This document shows, one piece after another, positions 12,502-24,979 of a DNA stretch of 64,000 nucleotides. Made by a program: the position numbers and the translations under genes. Numbering within the stretch: the stretch's first letter is position 1; the number at the start of each line of letters is the position of its first letter. The notes beneath the pieces are model-generated. The model was not told the origin of the DNA and did no database searches. It saw only the letters and a list, made by a program, of their open reading frames with translations. This DNA is from Squalus acanthias (taxonomy: Eukaryota). The stretch lies in contig CM059430.1 in assembly GCA_030390025.1 (NCBI GenBank), forward strand, positions 125,178,001 through 125,242,000, given 5' to 3'.

Positions 12502-13426
12502 TTATATGATCCGCCAGGACTCTAGTCCCAGCACTGGCCAAGTGAAGCCCGTCCCAACGGAACAGCTCCCTCCTGCCCAGTACTGGTGCCAGTGTCCCAG
12601 GAAGCAAAACCCATTTCTCCCACACCAGTCTTTGAGCCACTCATTTAACTCTCTAATTTTATTTGTCCTAGCCAAATTCGCTCGTGGCTCAGGTAATAAT
12701 CCAGAGATTAATACCCTTGAGGTTCTGTTTTTTAATTTGACCCCTAGCTGCTCATACTCCTTTAACAGAACCTGCTTCCTTGTCCTAGCTATGTCGTTTG
12801 TACCAACATGGACCACGACAACTGGATCCACCCCCCTCCCACTGCAAGTTTCTTTCCAGCCCAGAGGAGATGTCCTTAACCCTGGCACCGGGCAGGCAAC
12901 ATAGCCTACGGGACTCTCGCTCTCGGCTGCAGAGAACTCTATCTATCCCCCTAATAATACTATCCCCTACCACTACAACATTTCTATTTACTCCCCCCTC
13001 TTGAATGGCCCCCCGTTCCACGGTGCTGTGGCCAGGTTGCTCATCCTCCCTGCAGTCCCTGCTCCCGTCCCCACAGGGAGTAAGAACCTCGAACCTGTTG
13101 GACAAGAGCAAGGGCTGCGGCTCCACCAACACTACCTCCTGGATCCCCGTACCTGCCTCACTCGTAGTCACACCCTCCTGTCCCTGACCATGGGCTACAT
13201 CTGAATTAATTAACTTCATAGGTGTGACCACCTCCTGAAACACAAAGTCCAGGTACTTCTCCCCCACCCTGATGTGTCGCAGTGTCTGAAGCTCAGACTC
13301 CAGCTCATCAATACGGAGCTGGAGTTCCTGTAGCAGCAGACACTTGTCACAGATGTAATCACCGTGAGCCTCAATGGGGTCCACCGGCTCCCACATCTCA
13401 CAACAGTAACACATCACCTGCTCCAT
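12502..13426 (-). pseudogene. CR1 ORF1p (Zn finger, coiled coil, SGNH/GDSL esterase), frameshifted
   Basis: CxxCEMWE...CDKC and LQLRIDELESELQTL, then VVVVGDSIIRG and VVVHVGTNDI. It is split over ORFs 12785-13426 and 12502-12888 at a C-run near 12830. Confidence 0.88.
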
Positions 13427-13744
13427 TCTATGTAATTAATTAAATTTTTTATTGTTAGTTATGGCCACTCTCTGCCCGATTATAGATGCTAGTATCCCCT
13501 CTAATTAATTGGATTTAAATTCAATCAATCCCTCTAAATTACACCAGTTAAATGGTTTACCAACAGTCACTCTGCACCAGAAAGGCCTTATTAACTACAA
13601 CCCACAGAGTTTAAGTTTAAAAAGAGAGAAATACTCTCCAACCAATTACTTACCTGCTTTCTGGTAACGTCACACCTCGATTATTTTTACCTCTCTCTCT
13701 CCCTCCGAGTTGGGAGACTGGTCCCGCCTTACCTGGTCTCTGGA

Positions 13745-14070
13745 GCTTGTTGGAGATAGTTATTGCCTGGCACTTCTGTGGAGTGAATGTTACCTGGCAC
13801 TTACCAGCCCAAGCCTGAACATCATCCAGGTCTTGTTGCATGTGGGCATGGACAGCTTCATTATCTGAGGAGTTGTGAATGGCGCTGAACACTGTGCAAT
13901 CATCAGCAAATCTCCCCAATTCTGACCTTTTGTTGGAGGGAAGGTCATTGATGAAGCAGCTGAAGATAGTTGGGCCTAGGACACTGCCCTGAGGAACTCC
14001 TGCAGCAATGTCCTGGGGCTGTGATGATTGACCTTCAACCACCACAATCATCTTCCTTTGTGCTAGGTAA
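13745..14070 (-). mobile_element. 5' part of the host LINE split by the CR1 insertion
   Basis: [20 protein letters not shown]...FADDCT...KCQAITISNK joins in frame to RESNH at 9245. Confidence 0.85.
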
Positions 14071-14467
14071 TGCAGCACTGACTCCAGGCTAGCCTAATTT
14101 TTTTCGGCAGACTCCTGGCAAGGTATCGCTGATGAGCTGACCACCGGGCGGGGGACGGTTGAATCCGTACTGCTGTAAGACTGATAGCTGCAGCATTTTA
14201 AAGGCACCACCTTCCTCCAGGCCAGGGCAAAGTGTTTGATTTCTCCAAAATCCGATTTAAGGTGCAAGTAAAGGAAAGCGAGTCGAATGCCCTGCACATG
14301 GATTGCTTTCCCTGGGATAAGCCATTTAATTATTTTTAAACCCTATGCCAGCCCCAACAATGCTGGATGTCTCTTATATACAGGCGTTCTTTAGGCCTAG
14401 TGTTGCTGTGGTGGTAATGATAGAAAATGTGACGTAGATATCACTCATTCATTATTTATTTCCCGTC

Positions 14468-14780
14468 TATCAGATGCGATGTTAAACTGAGGCCCGTTTG
14501 CCTTCGCAGGTGGACATAAAGGATTCCAGGGTACTAATCGAAGAAGAACAGGGAAGTTCTCCCGTGCTCTAACTAACATTTATTTCTCAAATAACACGGC
14601 CAAAAACAGGTTATTTGGTCACTTGTCTCATTGCTGCTCGAGAGACCTTGCTGTGCACAAATTGGCTGCCACATTTCCCTACATTACAATACCAGTTATA
14701 CTTAAAAGTACTTAATGGGCTGTGAAGTGCTTTGGGGCATCCCGAGGTCGAGAAAGGTGCTATGTAAATACAAGCTCTTT
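14468..14780 (+). mobile_element. Partial SacSINE1-like Deu-SINE
   Basis: CAGATGCGATGTTAAACTGAGGCCC...AAATTGGCTGCC...TGTGAAGTGCTTTGGGGCATCCCGAGG. Confidence 0.65.
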
Positions 14781-15449
14781 ATTTGTTATTTGGTAACGTA
14801 TGTCCCTTTCTGGGACGTAGTCCTGGCATCTGGCAAAATGAATGCCGGAATGTCGATCTAGGCCAGTAAATGGGGCAGAGAGCCAGCATAACTTCAAAGG
14901 AAGATCCTCCCCTCATACGTGGCTCCTTGTGCAGCCAACAAAGACAAAATGCTTTAACACTCCAATCTAGATTATGAGCCAAAACCTGTGTGTGGGGAGA
15001 GAACGACAACAAGTAAAACCAAGCTGACAGCTCCTCACAGACTGCTTCTCCTGTGTGTGGATCTCACTCCCAGTGTTATGCTTGGATTTCTATTCCATAT
15101 ATGCAAAAGTTTAAACCAAGAGATACCAGCCTTTGCTGAATCAAGGTTCTTGCAGAGAGCACAGGAAAGGCTTTGGACTCGATAGCACCCAAACATTCCC
15201 TTTAACTTTTTTTGCACGAGTTATTTTTAATTAATTTTTCTCACCTCCTACCCTGAAGGTGCGGATTCCTTGCTGGGTACAGTTCCATTGGTAACTTCCA
15301 ATACTACATCCAATCTACATAACAATTTGCCTGTACTTCAAAAAAGGAATTAATTGTATGAGTTATTTTAACATGATTGATGCATTATAAATGCAAGTAT
15401 TATTTATTCATTTTCATTTTTAAATCTACTCAGCGAGTGCTGACCGACG

Positions 15450-15850
15450 ATTCTCTAGAGTTTAGAAGAATGAGAGGTGATCTCATTGAAACATACAAAA
15501 TTCTTACAGGGCTTGACAGGGTAGATGCAGGGAGGATGTTTCCCCTGGCTGGGGAATCTAGAACCAGGGGTCAGCCATTTTAGGACTAAGATGAGGAGAA
15601 ATGTCTTCACTCAGAGGGTGGTGAATTTTTGGAATTCCCTACCCCAGAGGGCTGTGGATGCTCAGTCATTGAGTATATTCAAGACAGAAATCGATAGATT
15701 TTTGGATATTAAGGGAATCAAGGGATATGGGGATAGTGCAGGAAAGTGGAGTCGAGGTCGAAGATCAGCCATGATCTTATTGAATGGCGGAGCAGGCTCG
15801 ATGGGCTGGATGGCCTACTCCTGCTCCTATTTCTTATGTTCTTATTCTTT
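15450..15850 (+). mobile_element. CR1 LINE 3' fragment
   Basis: SLEFRRMRGDLIETYKIL...FTQRVVNFWNSLPQ, followed by the conserved 3'UTR and TTCTTATG tail. Confidence 0.88.
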
Positions 15851-15979
15851 AATGGAGAGATTGCAAACAAGCCCAATCCTTTTCTCACACAACAGCACTT
15901 TCATGCAGGGGCCACTGGATAAGGATCAGGAGCCCCAATTTTTCCCTTCCCTGACCCAAGGGTCTGCAGCCAGACAGCA

Positions 15980-16560
15980 CAAGAGAGAACAAGAGCAAGA
16001 GTGAGAGGCAAAGACACACACACAGAAAGTACAAGAAACAGCATGAGACAAGAGAATGGGAGGGAGAGAGAATCACACATAGATACAGCAGGAAGTTCAT
16101 GAGAGAACAGAGGCATGAGAGAGAAAGAGAAAATAGTTGCATGAGAAAACAGTTACAAGAGAGAAACAGGTGAGGCAGGGGGAGAGGGCAAGAAACAGAT
16201 GTGAACAAAAGGTGAGATAAACAGGTGAGAGGGAGAAAGGGAGAGAGAAAAAAAACAGGTGAAATAGGCGGGCGTGGGAGAGAGGTTGCAGGAGTGTAAG
16301 AGGAATAAACGTGCAAGAGAAATTATGCACAAGAAAAAATGTACGAGAAAATATGTGCATGAGAACACGCAAGACAGCGTAAAAGACAACACATACAGCA
16401 CAGAAGGGAACATATGCACAACAAAGAAAAAGATGCATGAGGGAGAGGGCGAGAGAGACAACATGTGTGAGAGAGAGAAAAAATGTGCAAGTGTGAAAAT
16501 GTACGCAAGAGAAAGAACAGGTGAGACGGAAAGAGAATGTGCGAGAAAGTGAGATTGGTA
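15980..16560. repeat. GA/AC-rich low-complexity tract
   Basis: Degenerate AGAGAAACAGGTGAG-type repeats. Confidence 0.75.
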
Positions 16561-17384
16561 CTCAGGAAGCCTGCAAACATCATGGAACAAAATGAGTTAT
16601 AAAACGAATTATAAAAATGAATTGAACACCCGAGTGCTTTGAAAGGAAATGTGTTTCATACTGTAAAACCCGAGCAACCACTTATCAAGCTGAAATCCAA
16701 TCCGTTAATGTAACAGTGATTAGCGTGTGTTACATACACTTATCCACGCAGCAGTGCAGCAGAGCAGCAGCTCCTCCGACTGATAAAAGGTTTTTGAGAG
16801 CCAGACAATTGAATAACTGTCAACCCCTTCAGGCCCAGAGCAGCTGAGAAGTTACAGACAGGAAAAGGTTTACTCTGTCTCCATGAATCTCCTTTACAAG
16901 GAGAGCAGAGAATTAATAAGAGGGAAGTGGGAAAATCGGGCTGATAGAAAACACTGAGGCTGAACTGCTTGCTTGATCCGGACACAGAAATGCATTTCCT
17001 TTTTACCCCCAATTTTCTCCCCTCTCCTGAAGGCAGACTCTTGTTCGGTTCAGTTCCACAGGTGACTAGCGGTCCTAAGTACTTCACCAGAGTGGCCACT
17101 CCAGACTAAATTTTCTTAAAACCCTTTGGGGATCGGAAAATATTCAAACCGAGCTTTCCCTTGGGAATCTCAATGAGTGGGCAGTGTTGATGGTAGCAGA
17201 GACTGTACATGGGGTACGGAAGGAGTGAACAATGGATTAAATGACCTTTTCTCGTTCCGTGTGTTGTTATGAGATTCCCTCTCTTAAAAGCTAAAACAAA
17301 GGGTGTTCCTTTCTCCCTTCAGTTTCTTTCACTACCAATTCTTGACCTACTTTCAATGGTGTGCAGACACTGACACTAAGAAGT

Positions 17385-17540
17385 ACATGGGGAAGCTAGA
17401 AAAGCACATGAGGGAGAAAGGTATGGAAGGATATGCTGATGGGGTTAGATCAAGAGGGGTGGGAGGAAGCTCGTGTGGAGCATAAACACCGGCATGGACC
17501 TGTTGGGCCAAATGGCCTGTTTCTGTGCTGTAAATACTTT
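17385..17540 (+). mobile_element. CR1-type 3' end (different subfamily)
   Basis: GGAAGCTAGA...AGGGAGAAAGG...GGACCTGTTGGGCCAAATGGCCTGTTTCTGTGCTGTAAA. Confidence 0.6.
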
Positions 17541-17669
17541 GAAATGTTACCAGCCAAGGGCAACACATTGCCACAGGGAGGGTGGCAAAATTGGAAGCAA
17601 TGTGTTCTGCACATCTCTGGGCAGTACAGGTAAGATACTTAATAGCAGGAGGAAAGATATGTTGAGGCT

Positions 17670-17990
17670 GGCCTACTGGCTCAGTGAATAAATGGTCCAA
17701 CAAGGTGTGGTACTGAGCCTTAACAACCAGGAAGGTCTCGAGTCCATTTATGGTCTGTGCTGAGTTAGCCAGTGATCCCTGCTCGAAATGTGTGGTAATT
17801 GTAGGAACAATGGGGGAAGACTGGATTAGATCAGCTAGAATGCCCCCTTCCCCCCACGACTGAATAGCCTGCCAACATTCATCGTCTCGGCTTATGCATG
17901 AAAACAATATTAGCTTGGTGAGTTATCAGAGAGCTAATCACTACTCTACTTCAGCAAGAGTGGTTTCAGGAGAGGAGAGGAGAAAATTGA
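17670..17990 (+). mobile_element. SINE family 'X' copy
   Basis: TGGCTCAGTG head, GGTCTGTGCTGAGTTAGC, GAATAGCCTGCCAACA and a GGAGAGGAGAAAATTG tail. Confidence 0.6.
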
Positions 17991-20554
17991 AAGAAAGGAT
18001 GCAGGAGAAACTGGAAACAAAATAAAACTGGCCTGATATTTACTTACCAGCAACACTGCACAGCACACACCAGGTCACGAAAAGATTGTTTTTTTAAAAA
18101 ATGTCTCACCATTCACTGCTCCCGGCCAACCATAGATTACAGAGCACACCGTATAAAACATCACTCGCAGGGGAAGCCAGCTAATGGGCTCTAAACGGTT
18201 TCTAATGATTTACAGGGTCTCAACTAAAGTAGTAAAATACTGGAACAAGGATTTCAAAAAAGGCAGAGACACAGTGTACTGCCTAAACACTTACTGGGCA
18301 AGTATTGTACAGTGCTCTGAGGAACCATTAGGAAGCTTAATAATTCAGAGTCCAAGAGACTCATAGATCACACAATGAGACACGTGTGCGAAAAGCAGCT
18401 GCAATTCTACTCGCTTTCCAATTCTGTCCCTCTTTCTTTCCTGCGGGCCTTGACTCGTTAGGTTGCAGTTTCACAGGCCCCAGGCATCGTGCACCTGATA
18501 CTTCACCCAAGTGGCCAGTCCTCATGCCTAAACTTAAACTGCGAGCGTTGGCAGACTATCTGAGTACGCAAGCATCACAACCGAGCCTAATCCTGTCCTC
18601 CCCCAACATCCACACCTGCACATTTCACGGCAGTGGTCAATACTAACTGGAATTAGGAACCCTGGTGGATTTTCATCTCTCTATAACATAACCAAGTATA
18701 GGATCTTCATCACCACCTCGACTGACATCAGCTAACACAGATTATACTCATTTCATTATACAAGACATACAGTTTCCTCTGTGTGATTCAGATGTTGGTA
18801 GACTTTGAGTTACTGTGTCTCACACAGAGGTGATGTGTTTTGTTTTATCACTTCTACTATCATTATTTCAATGATCTTTGTTTTCTTGTTCGTCCTTAGC
18901 TAGAAATACAACACCACAGACTCCTCGTCCTCTCTGTATCCTCACTGTGTTAAACACTAGACTCATCACAGTCTCGTATCCTAACTCATTCCTTCTCAGG
19001 ATCTCAAACTGCAGAGCTCCCTATCATTTCAGGAGTTACCTACTCTTTTCAACCTTGCTTGAGCCCTGCACTACAGGCTGTGGCCCTCCATCCTAGGTTT
19101 CTCAATAAAAAAATGTTCCATCACAGGAACTACAATGAATCGAGTTACATGTCATAGGCATCTTGACTGGCATCAGGCTTCCACAATATCCTTGCATTTC
19201 TCCCCCCACCCCCAAAAATGCCCTGTGATAACAAATTGATTCAGTGTCCTCTCCAATTGAAGTTGTCCACCATCGGAAATCGAGATGTGTTAGAAATAGA
19301 GTTTTGGAAGATCAGGGCGTCATGGACTTACATTAAGGTTAGGTCAATAAACATTTTGGATTGTGGCAGGAGCACGTCATAGTATATTACTGACAGGGAG
19401 GGGGTACTTGAAAGATTGGGGTGGGGAGGCACTTGACATTTATTGGAGATTCACCGGCAATGCCTCTCTACTGGAAACTTCTCTTTGTCGCATATGATCG
19501 GATGTTTATGAATGTATGCCGGGCAGCACACTGAGTGGAGAGCTGCAACCTGCTCCAAACTCACCAGAACTTTAGCCAGGCCACCAATTAGATACTGCCC
19601 AGTGTCCACAAGAAGTCAAATCAGCATCAAACCAGGCAAACAAAACAATATCATTAGGATTCTTGTGGGAAACTGTGGCAAAGACAATGAGCAACAAAGG
19701 AGGGATTCAGAGCTGAAACCTGAGCCACTGTGCCCTACAGCAACAATCTCTCCTCAAGAGTCTTTCATGCCTTCCTTGAAAGCCAGAACAAAGGACAGAC
19801 TACACACTTCATTCCATGCTTTAATGCTTTTTTTTTTAAGAAACATTATTTCCTTCGAGGCACATGTGCCTCTCCCAATCGCTGTTTCCGTTCTTTTCAA
19901 TAGCTCCAATGGTCTGCACCTTACTGACAAAAACATGGCCCCCAGCTCAATCCTCTGTCATGGTTGCAACAGGCCATGTTCCTGAACAACAGCAAAAAAT
20001 ACTCCACAGTCCAACAGTTTCGTACCTAGTTTCCTTTCCTTTTTACCCCCTAAGGTTATGCAGCACTGGGGAACTATCCCTCAGCTTGGGGTTTGGAGGT
20101 AGGGTAGGAATGTGTCAACTAGAATTAAGGACACACTTCTCTCTCTTCCACTTCTGCCTCAGTGATATTTGATGTTTTGCTCATACAGGTAAGATCCAGT
20201 TAGGAATAGACTTTATGATGATGTCCCATACAGATGAATACCCAATAATTTTCCCTAACTAGGTTCACACAAAGAATAGCCACTGGGTGAGTTGTCAGGT
20301 GGTACCTGCACAAGAGCCAACACTTTCAGGTGCAGTGAGGGGGCAAAAACTGCAGGAAAAATCTCTGAAGGGATGGTAATGTGGGGGTAGAATAGGATTT
20401 TATGTCTGGAGTGAGGGCTTTCCTTTTCCTTCCCTGGGATGAAATTACCAAAAAAAAAGAAAATGGAAGATGACATTTTCAATAAGTCACCAAAGTGCAC
20501 AGACAGCAAAATGGTCAGGCAAATAGTCAGCGGCTTTGGAATGAGAAAAACACT

Positions 20555-20705
20555 ATTAGGAACATAGAAACAGGAGTAGGTCATTTAGCCAAGCATGGCT
20601 GTTCTGTGAGCTAACTTCATATACCCGCCTTTGGCCCATATCCCTTAATACCTTTGGTTAACAGAAATCTATCAATCTCAGATTTAAAATTTACAATTGA
20701 CAATT
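20555..20705 (-). mobile_element. CR1 3' tail fragment
   Basis: GGAACATAGAAACAGGAGTAGG...CCCATATCCCTTAATACC...AAATCTATCAATCTC. Confidence 0.6.
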
Positions 20706-21854
20706 GGCCCAGCATCATCTCACCAACCCTGCTTCTTGCACAGTTCATGCATGATTACCTCAAACATGCACTCTCTTTCCTCACCATATTTCAATACCTA
20801 GTTTTTGAAGTTTTACTTTAAAAGTGGTGCATTCAAGCTTCCCCTTAAATGTCTCAATGCTCTCTGCTTCAACCACTTCATGTGGCAGCGAGATCCACAT
20901 TCTCACCACCCTCAAACTGATCTCACTGCTGCTCCCAGCTGCAACTCATACCCAATGCTGCTGCTTCAATCTGGTAGTGGGCTCCAAGCTGCAGGCAGGA
21001 ATTTTTGATTTACCAAAAAACCAAAGCACACGCCTGTGGTGTGAAGCACAATGAGTCGCAGCCGCGACTGGAAGCGAGATGATCAAGGGATGAAGTGGCA
21101 ATGATTTCCTGGGCGGATCTCTTGGTGCAGCAAAGCAGCTGTTGGATCACACATTTACTGACTTCCCACGAGAGCTGATAAAAGGCCGACAGATTTGCAT
21201 ACCGTGCACCTGCCTGGCCAGTCTTGTATCACTATCCACAGGGGGGAAGCCGATTCTCCTAATCTCTAACTCGAGGCTTGTGAATGTTTCTTCTTGAATA
21301 TTGGAGTTATGTTGCTCCCGCCAGTCTTCGGAAATACCAAGGCAATGTTGTTACGGCAGTGTCAAAAGGCACTTTTACAGCAATGAGTTCTGCTGACATC
21401 AGACATATAGTTCTCCCAATGTCAGCTGCTCTCCCAAGTGTAAATGACCCAACCTGCAGAAAACCATCATCATCATAGGCCCATTAATATGTGGCTCTAT
21501 AAATTGCTGTTGGATTAAGGCAAGTTAAACACATGGAGCTAGGCCAGGGTCTCTGCACAGATCCGGCAGTTGGGTCTGGGTATTTTCACTCTGTAGGCCT
21601 CTGGAGTCCAACAACTGATGTCATAAAGTAAAGGGAGGATCAACACACAGAAGTAACTCTCCTGAGACAGAAATGAGAAAAGTAAATAAAGTGTAAGTGC
21701 CTTCCAACTCAGCTGGCAAATTGCCTCCAGGGACTGGGGAAAGAGAGAACTGAGATCACTCCAATCAGCAGGTGTGCATATGTTTTGGTTCAAACAGAGA
21801 AAATAAGAGAGAAAACAGGTTACAGAATGTTTAGGTAGCTATAGTTGAACAACA

Positions 21855-22320
21855 TTCACGAATGGGGACACACCCCCCAGCCTCATTCAAGGCTCTCTCC
21901 CAGCTCCACTCCCAACTCTCCCACTTCCACCACCAGGCTGCTGAGAGCACAAGAACTCTGCTCTTGGCACTTCATGTCACCCACCTTCTCCACCATGCAC
22001 TGCTGCATGCATGCTCTCAATCTCTCAGTATCGACTCACTTTATTTCAGTGCTGTCCTGGTCCTCGGTTCCATATCATCTTTTGTCTCATGCGATGTTTG
22101 AACAAACAAAATGTACTTTCTTCATTTCAGGCAACAAGGACCATGAGTTTAAACATGTCCAACATGATCCCACCACCAAACAGCTCTTCTTCTCCCCTCC
22201 TCTCTCCGCTTTCCAAAGATGGTACTGTCGAAGGTTTACACCTGAAACATTAACTCATCTGTTCTCTCTGCAGATGCTGACCAACTTCCAGCATTTTCTG
22301 TTTTTGTTTCAGATTAAAGA
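21855..22320 (+). mobile_element. Degenerate Penelope-like element (ORF remnant and terminal repeat with a decayed hammerhead)
   Basis: FKHVQHDPTTKQLFFSPPLSAFQR resembles shark PLE ORFs as I recall them. It is followed by CTGTCGAAGG-TTTACA-CCTGAAACATT and CAGATGCTG...TTCCAGCATTTTCTGTTTTTGTTTCAGA. Confidence 0.6.
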
Positions 22321-22489
22321 ATGTGAAACGGTCAATCACAGCATCGGTCCATTCTGGTACATTGTGCTGCAGAATAGATTCATCACCTCTACTTCATTCT
22401 ATGTGAACTAAATGGATGTAAATTCCTGGAGGCACAGAACACTTCTCAATTTCAGCATCAGTGTCAACATCAGGAACTCACAAATGGAT

Positions 22490-22820
22490 TATCCCAATGG
22501 CTTAATGGGCAAATGTGCCAGCCAGTATCGGATTCAGCTATTAAGATCAGGAAAGTCCCAGGTTGAAATATTGGTCTGGGATGAGTTAGCTGATCTCTGT
22601 CAGAGTGGCAGTTGGGTGCTGCAATTGGCCTCAGTGCCCTGGGCCTGTGGTGGGCGGGGGAAATTACCCAGAGTATTTACTCATGATCTCCAATGCTCCC
22701 TTCTGGAAAGTGTGGATAATGGGGGAGGACAGGATCAGGCTCAGCTGTGATACTCTCCACAGTTGAATATTCTAACTCACTCTGTAGGCCTACAGGAAGA
22801 GCAAGGGAGAAAATTGGGCT
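22490..22820 (+). mobile_element. SINE family 'X' copy
   Basis: GAGTTAGCTGATCTC, CAATTGGCCTCAGTGCCCTGGG, AGGACAGGATCAGGCTCAGCTGTGAT, GGGAGAAAATTGGG. Confidence 0.65.
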
Positions 22821-23629
22821 GGATGTGATTTTTATTAAAATGTTTAGTATATATATGTAACATAGCCTTGACTCTTTTAGTTACGAGTTTTGCAAATGCT
22901 TACACTGTAACCTAAAATGTGCACAAGTTTGTCATCCATTGATTCTGGTAATGCTGTCAGGAATGAAACAAGTTGGATGTAGCAGTGTGCAAGCATGACG
23001 CAGAATCCAACTAAGACATGCTAATCGAGATGACCAGAAGTCGAATACACTTTGGGTTTTTTGCTGCTTTGGTTGGAACTCTGCAAAAGGAATGTTTCTA
23101 GCAAAGTATCACTCAGCCAGTCCCAGCTGCATGGGATCAGAGGCCCTGAAACTTCACAAGGTCACGTCTAAGAGACTCACTGATCAGCTCAATGTTGTGT
23201 CCACTGGGAATGCTGGTTGTAGGGTAGATTCCAGGCGGGGTCACAGACCCTGATCTGACATTTCAGAATAACAGCTGCCTCTCTGAATGTGCGGCAGACA
23301 TGGCCTATTTGAGGTAGTCATCCATGGTTTAGTTCCTCGACTTATTTTCACTCCCGTTCCCCCAATCCATCATGGATTTCTTCAGCTGGAGATGATTCAG
23401 GTGTTACTGGTCAATTGCCATTGGTGGGGAGGTGGGGCAGTATTTGCTCGATCATGAGCTCGGTTTGTTCTCCAGATATCCAGTCCTACGATCCTCCTGA
23501 TAATCACCTGGAGCAGCCCTTTAGAGAGCAATGATCACATGCAAAACATGGTCTGGATTGGAGGTGAAACGTAAAGCATGGGGCTCAGCAGAGATTGGCC
23601 AATCCTCTTGACAACTACATCATCATCAA

Positions 23630-24979
23630 CAGCATGCATTTATATAGCACGTTTAGCATAGAAAAACTTCTCAAATGCTTCACTCAGGCATAATAAAAAC
23701 AGACAGCAAGCCAAAGAAGTAGCTAGGAGATGGGGGTGGTCAAAAGTTTGGATAAAGAGGTGAGTTTTAAGAAGAGTCCTGAAGGAGAGGGAGGTGGAAT
23801 GGTGGAGGAGCTTAGGGAGGGAATTCCAGAGCATGGGGCCTCGGCAACGGATAGCACAGCAATGGTGGGGTAAAGAGGGAGGGGTATGCGTGAAAGAGTC
23901 AGAGGAATGGAGAGTTCAGGAAGAGTGGGGTTGTAGGGCTGGAGGTGGTTACTGAGATAGGCAGGGGCAAGGCCATGGAGGGAATTAAATACAAAGATGA
24001 GAATTTTAAATTGGAGCTGTTGGAAGACCAGGAGCGAATGTAGGTCAGCAAAGACAAGGGTGATGGGCAGGGTAGGATGTGGGCAGCAGAGTTTCGGATA
24101 AGCTGAAACTTATGGAGTGTACAGGATAGGAGGCCAGCCAGGAGTTGGAAGAGTCGAGTCTGAAAGTGACAAAGGCATGGATGAGAATTTTAGCAGCAGA
24201 TGGGCTGGGGTAGAGGCAGAGGCAGAGGCAGGCAGTGTTACAGAGGTGGAAGTAGGCAGTCTTTGTGATGGAGAGGATGATTGGGTAAAACGGGACACTG
24301 AGGTTTTAAACAGTTGGATTCAGCCCAAGATAGTGGCTTGGGAGAGTGATGTAATCAGTGACAACGGTATGCAGTTTGTGGCAGAGTCAAAGACAATTCC
24401 TTCAGTCTTCCCAATGTTTAGCTAGAGGAAACTGTTGGTCATCCAAGACTGGATGTCAGACAAGCAGACCGACAACACAGAGGTAATGAGGGGGTTGACA
24501 GAGGTGATAGAGATGTAGATTTGGATGTCGTTAGCTTACATGAGAGCGCTGATCCCTTGTTTGTGGATGATGTCCCTAAGGAGCAGCATGTAGATGAGAA
24601 AGAGGAGGAGGCCAAGGATAGATCCTTGTGGGGGCAGGGTTAGAAGCCATTGCTGGAGATGCTCTGGCTATGATTGGATAGGTAGTGGTAGAACCACATG
24701 AAGGCATTGCCACCGAGCTCAATATCACAGAAGAGGTTTTGGAAGAGGATGACGTAGTTGATCATGTCAAATGCTGCAGGGCTCAAGGAGGATGAGGAGC
24801 GATAATCCATCACAGTCACAGAGAATGTCATTCATGACTTTGGTTATGGCTATTTTGATGCTGTGGCAAGGGCAGAAACTTGATTGGCGAGATTCTAACA
24901 TGGGAGTTACGGGAGCGATGGGTATAGATTTGGGAGGCAATAACACATTCAACAAATTTGGGGAGGAAGGGGAGATTGG
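23630..24979 (-). mobile_element. L2 LINE (3' portion), interrupted by CR1; continues at 28176-28315
   Basis: The minus strand encodes AAFDMINY.IL, PQGSILGLLLFLIYML and LWNSLPK...FRTLLKTHLF. The tail GTGAAGCATTTGAG...GCTATATAAATGCA is of the type shared with the Deu-SINE. Confidence 0.8.

Larger units (their letters stand above)
9250..13744 (-). mobile_element. Full-length CR1 LINE (~4.5 kb): 5'UTR, ORF1, ORF2, double 3' tail
   Basis: Flanked by the 4-bp TSD GCTT (9246-9249 and 13745-13748). It ends in a (TTCTTATG)n tail, and ORF1 and ORF2 are in the correct order. Confidence 0.92.

Noticed and set aside
15885-16590. Cluster of 70-145 aa ORFs
   Set aside because: Same low-complexity artefact.
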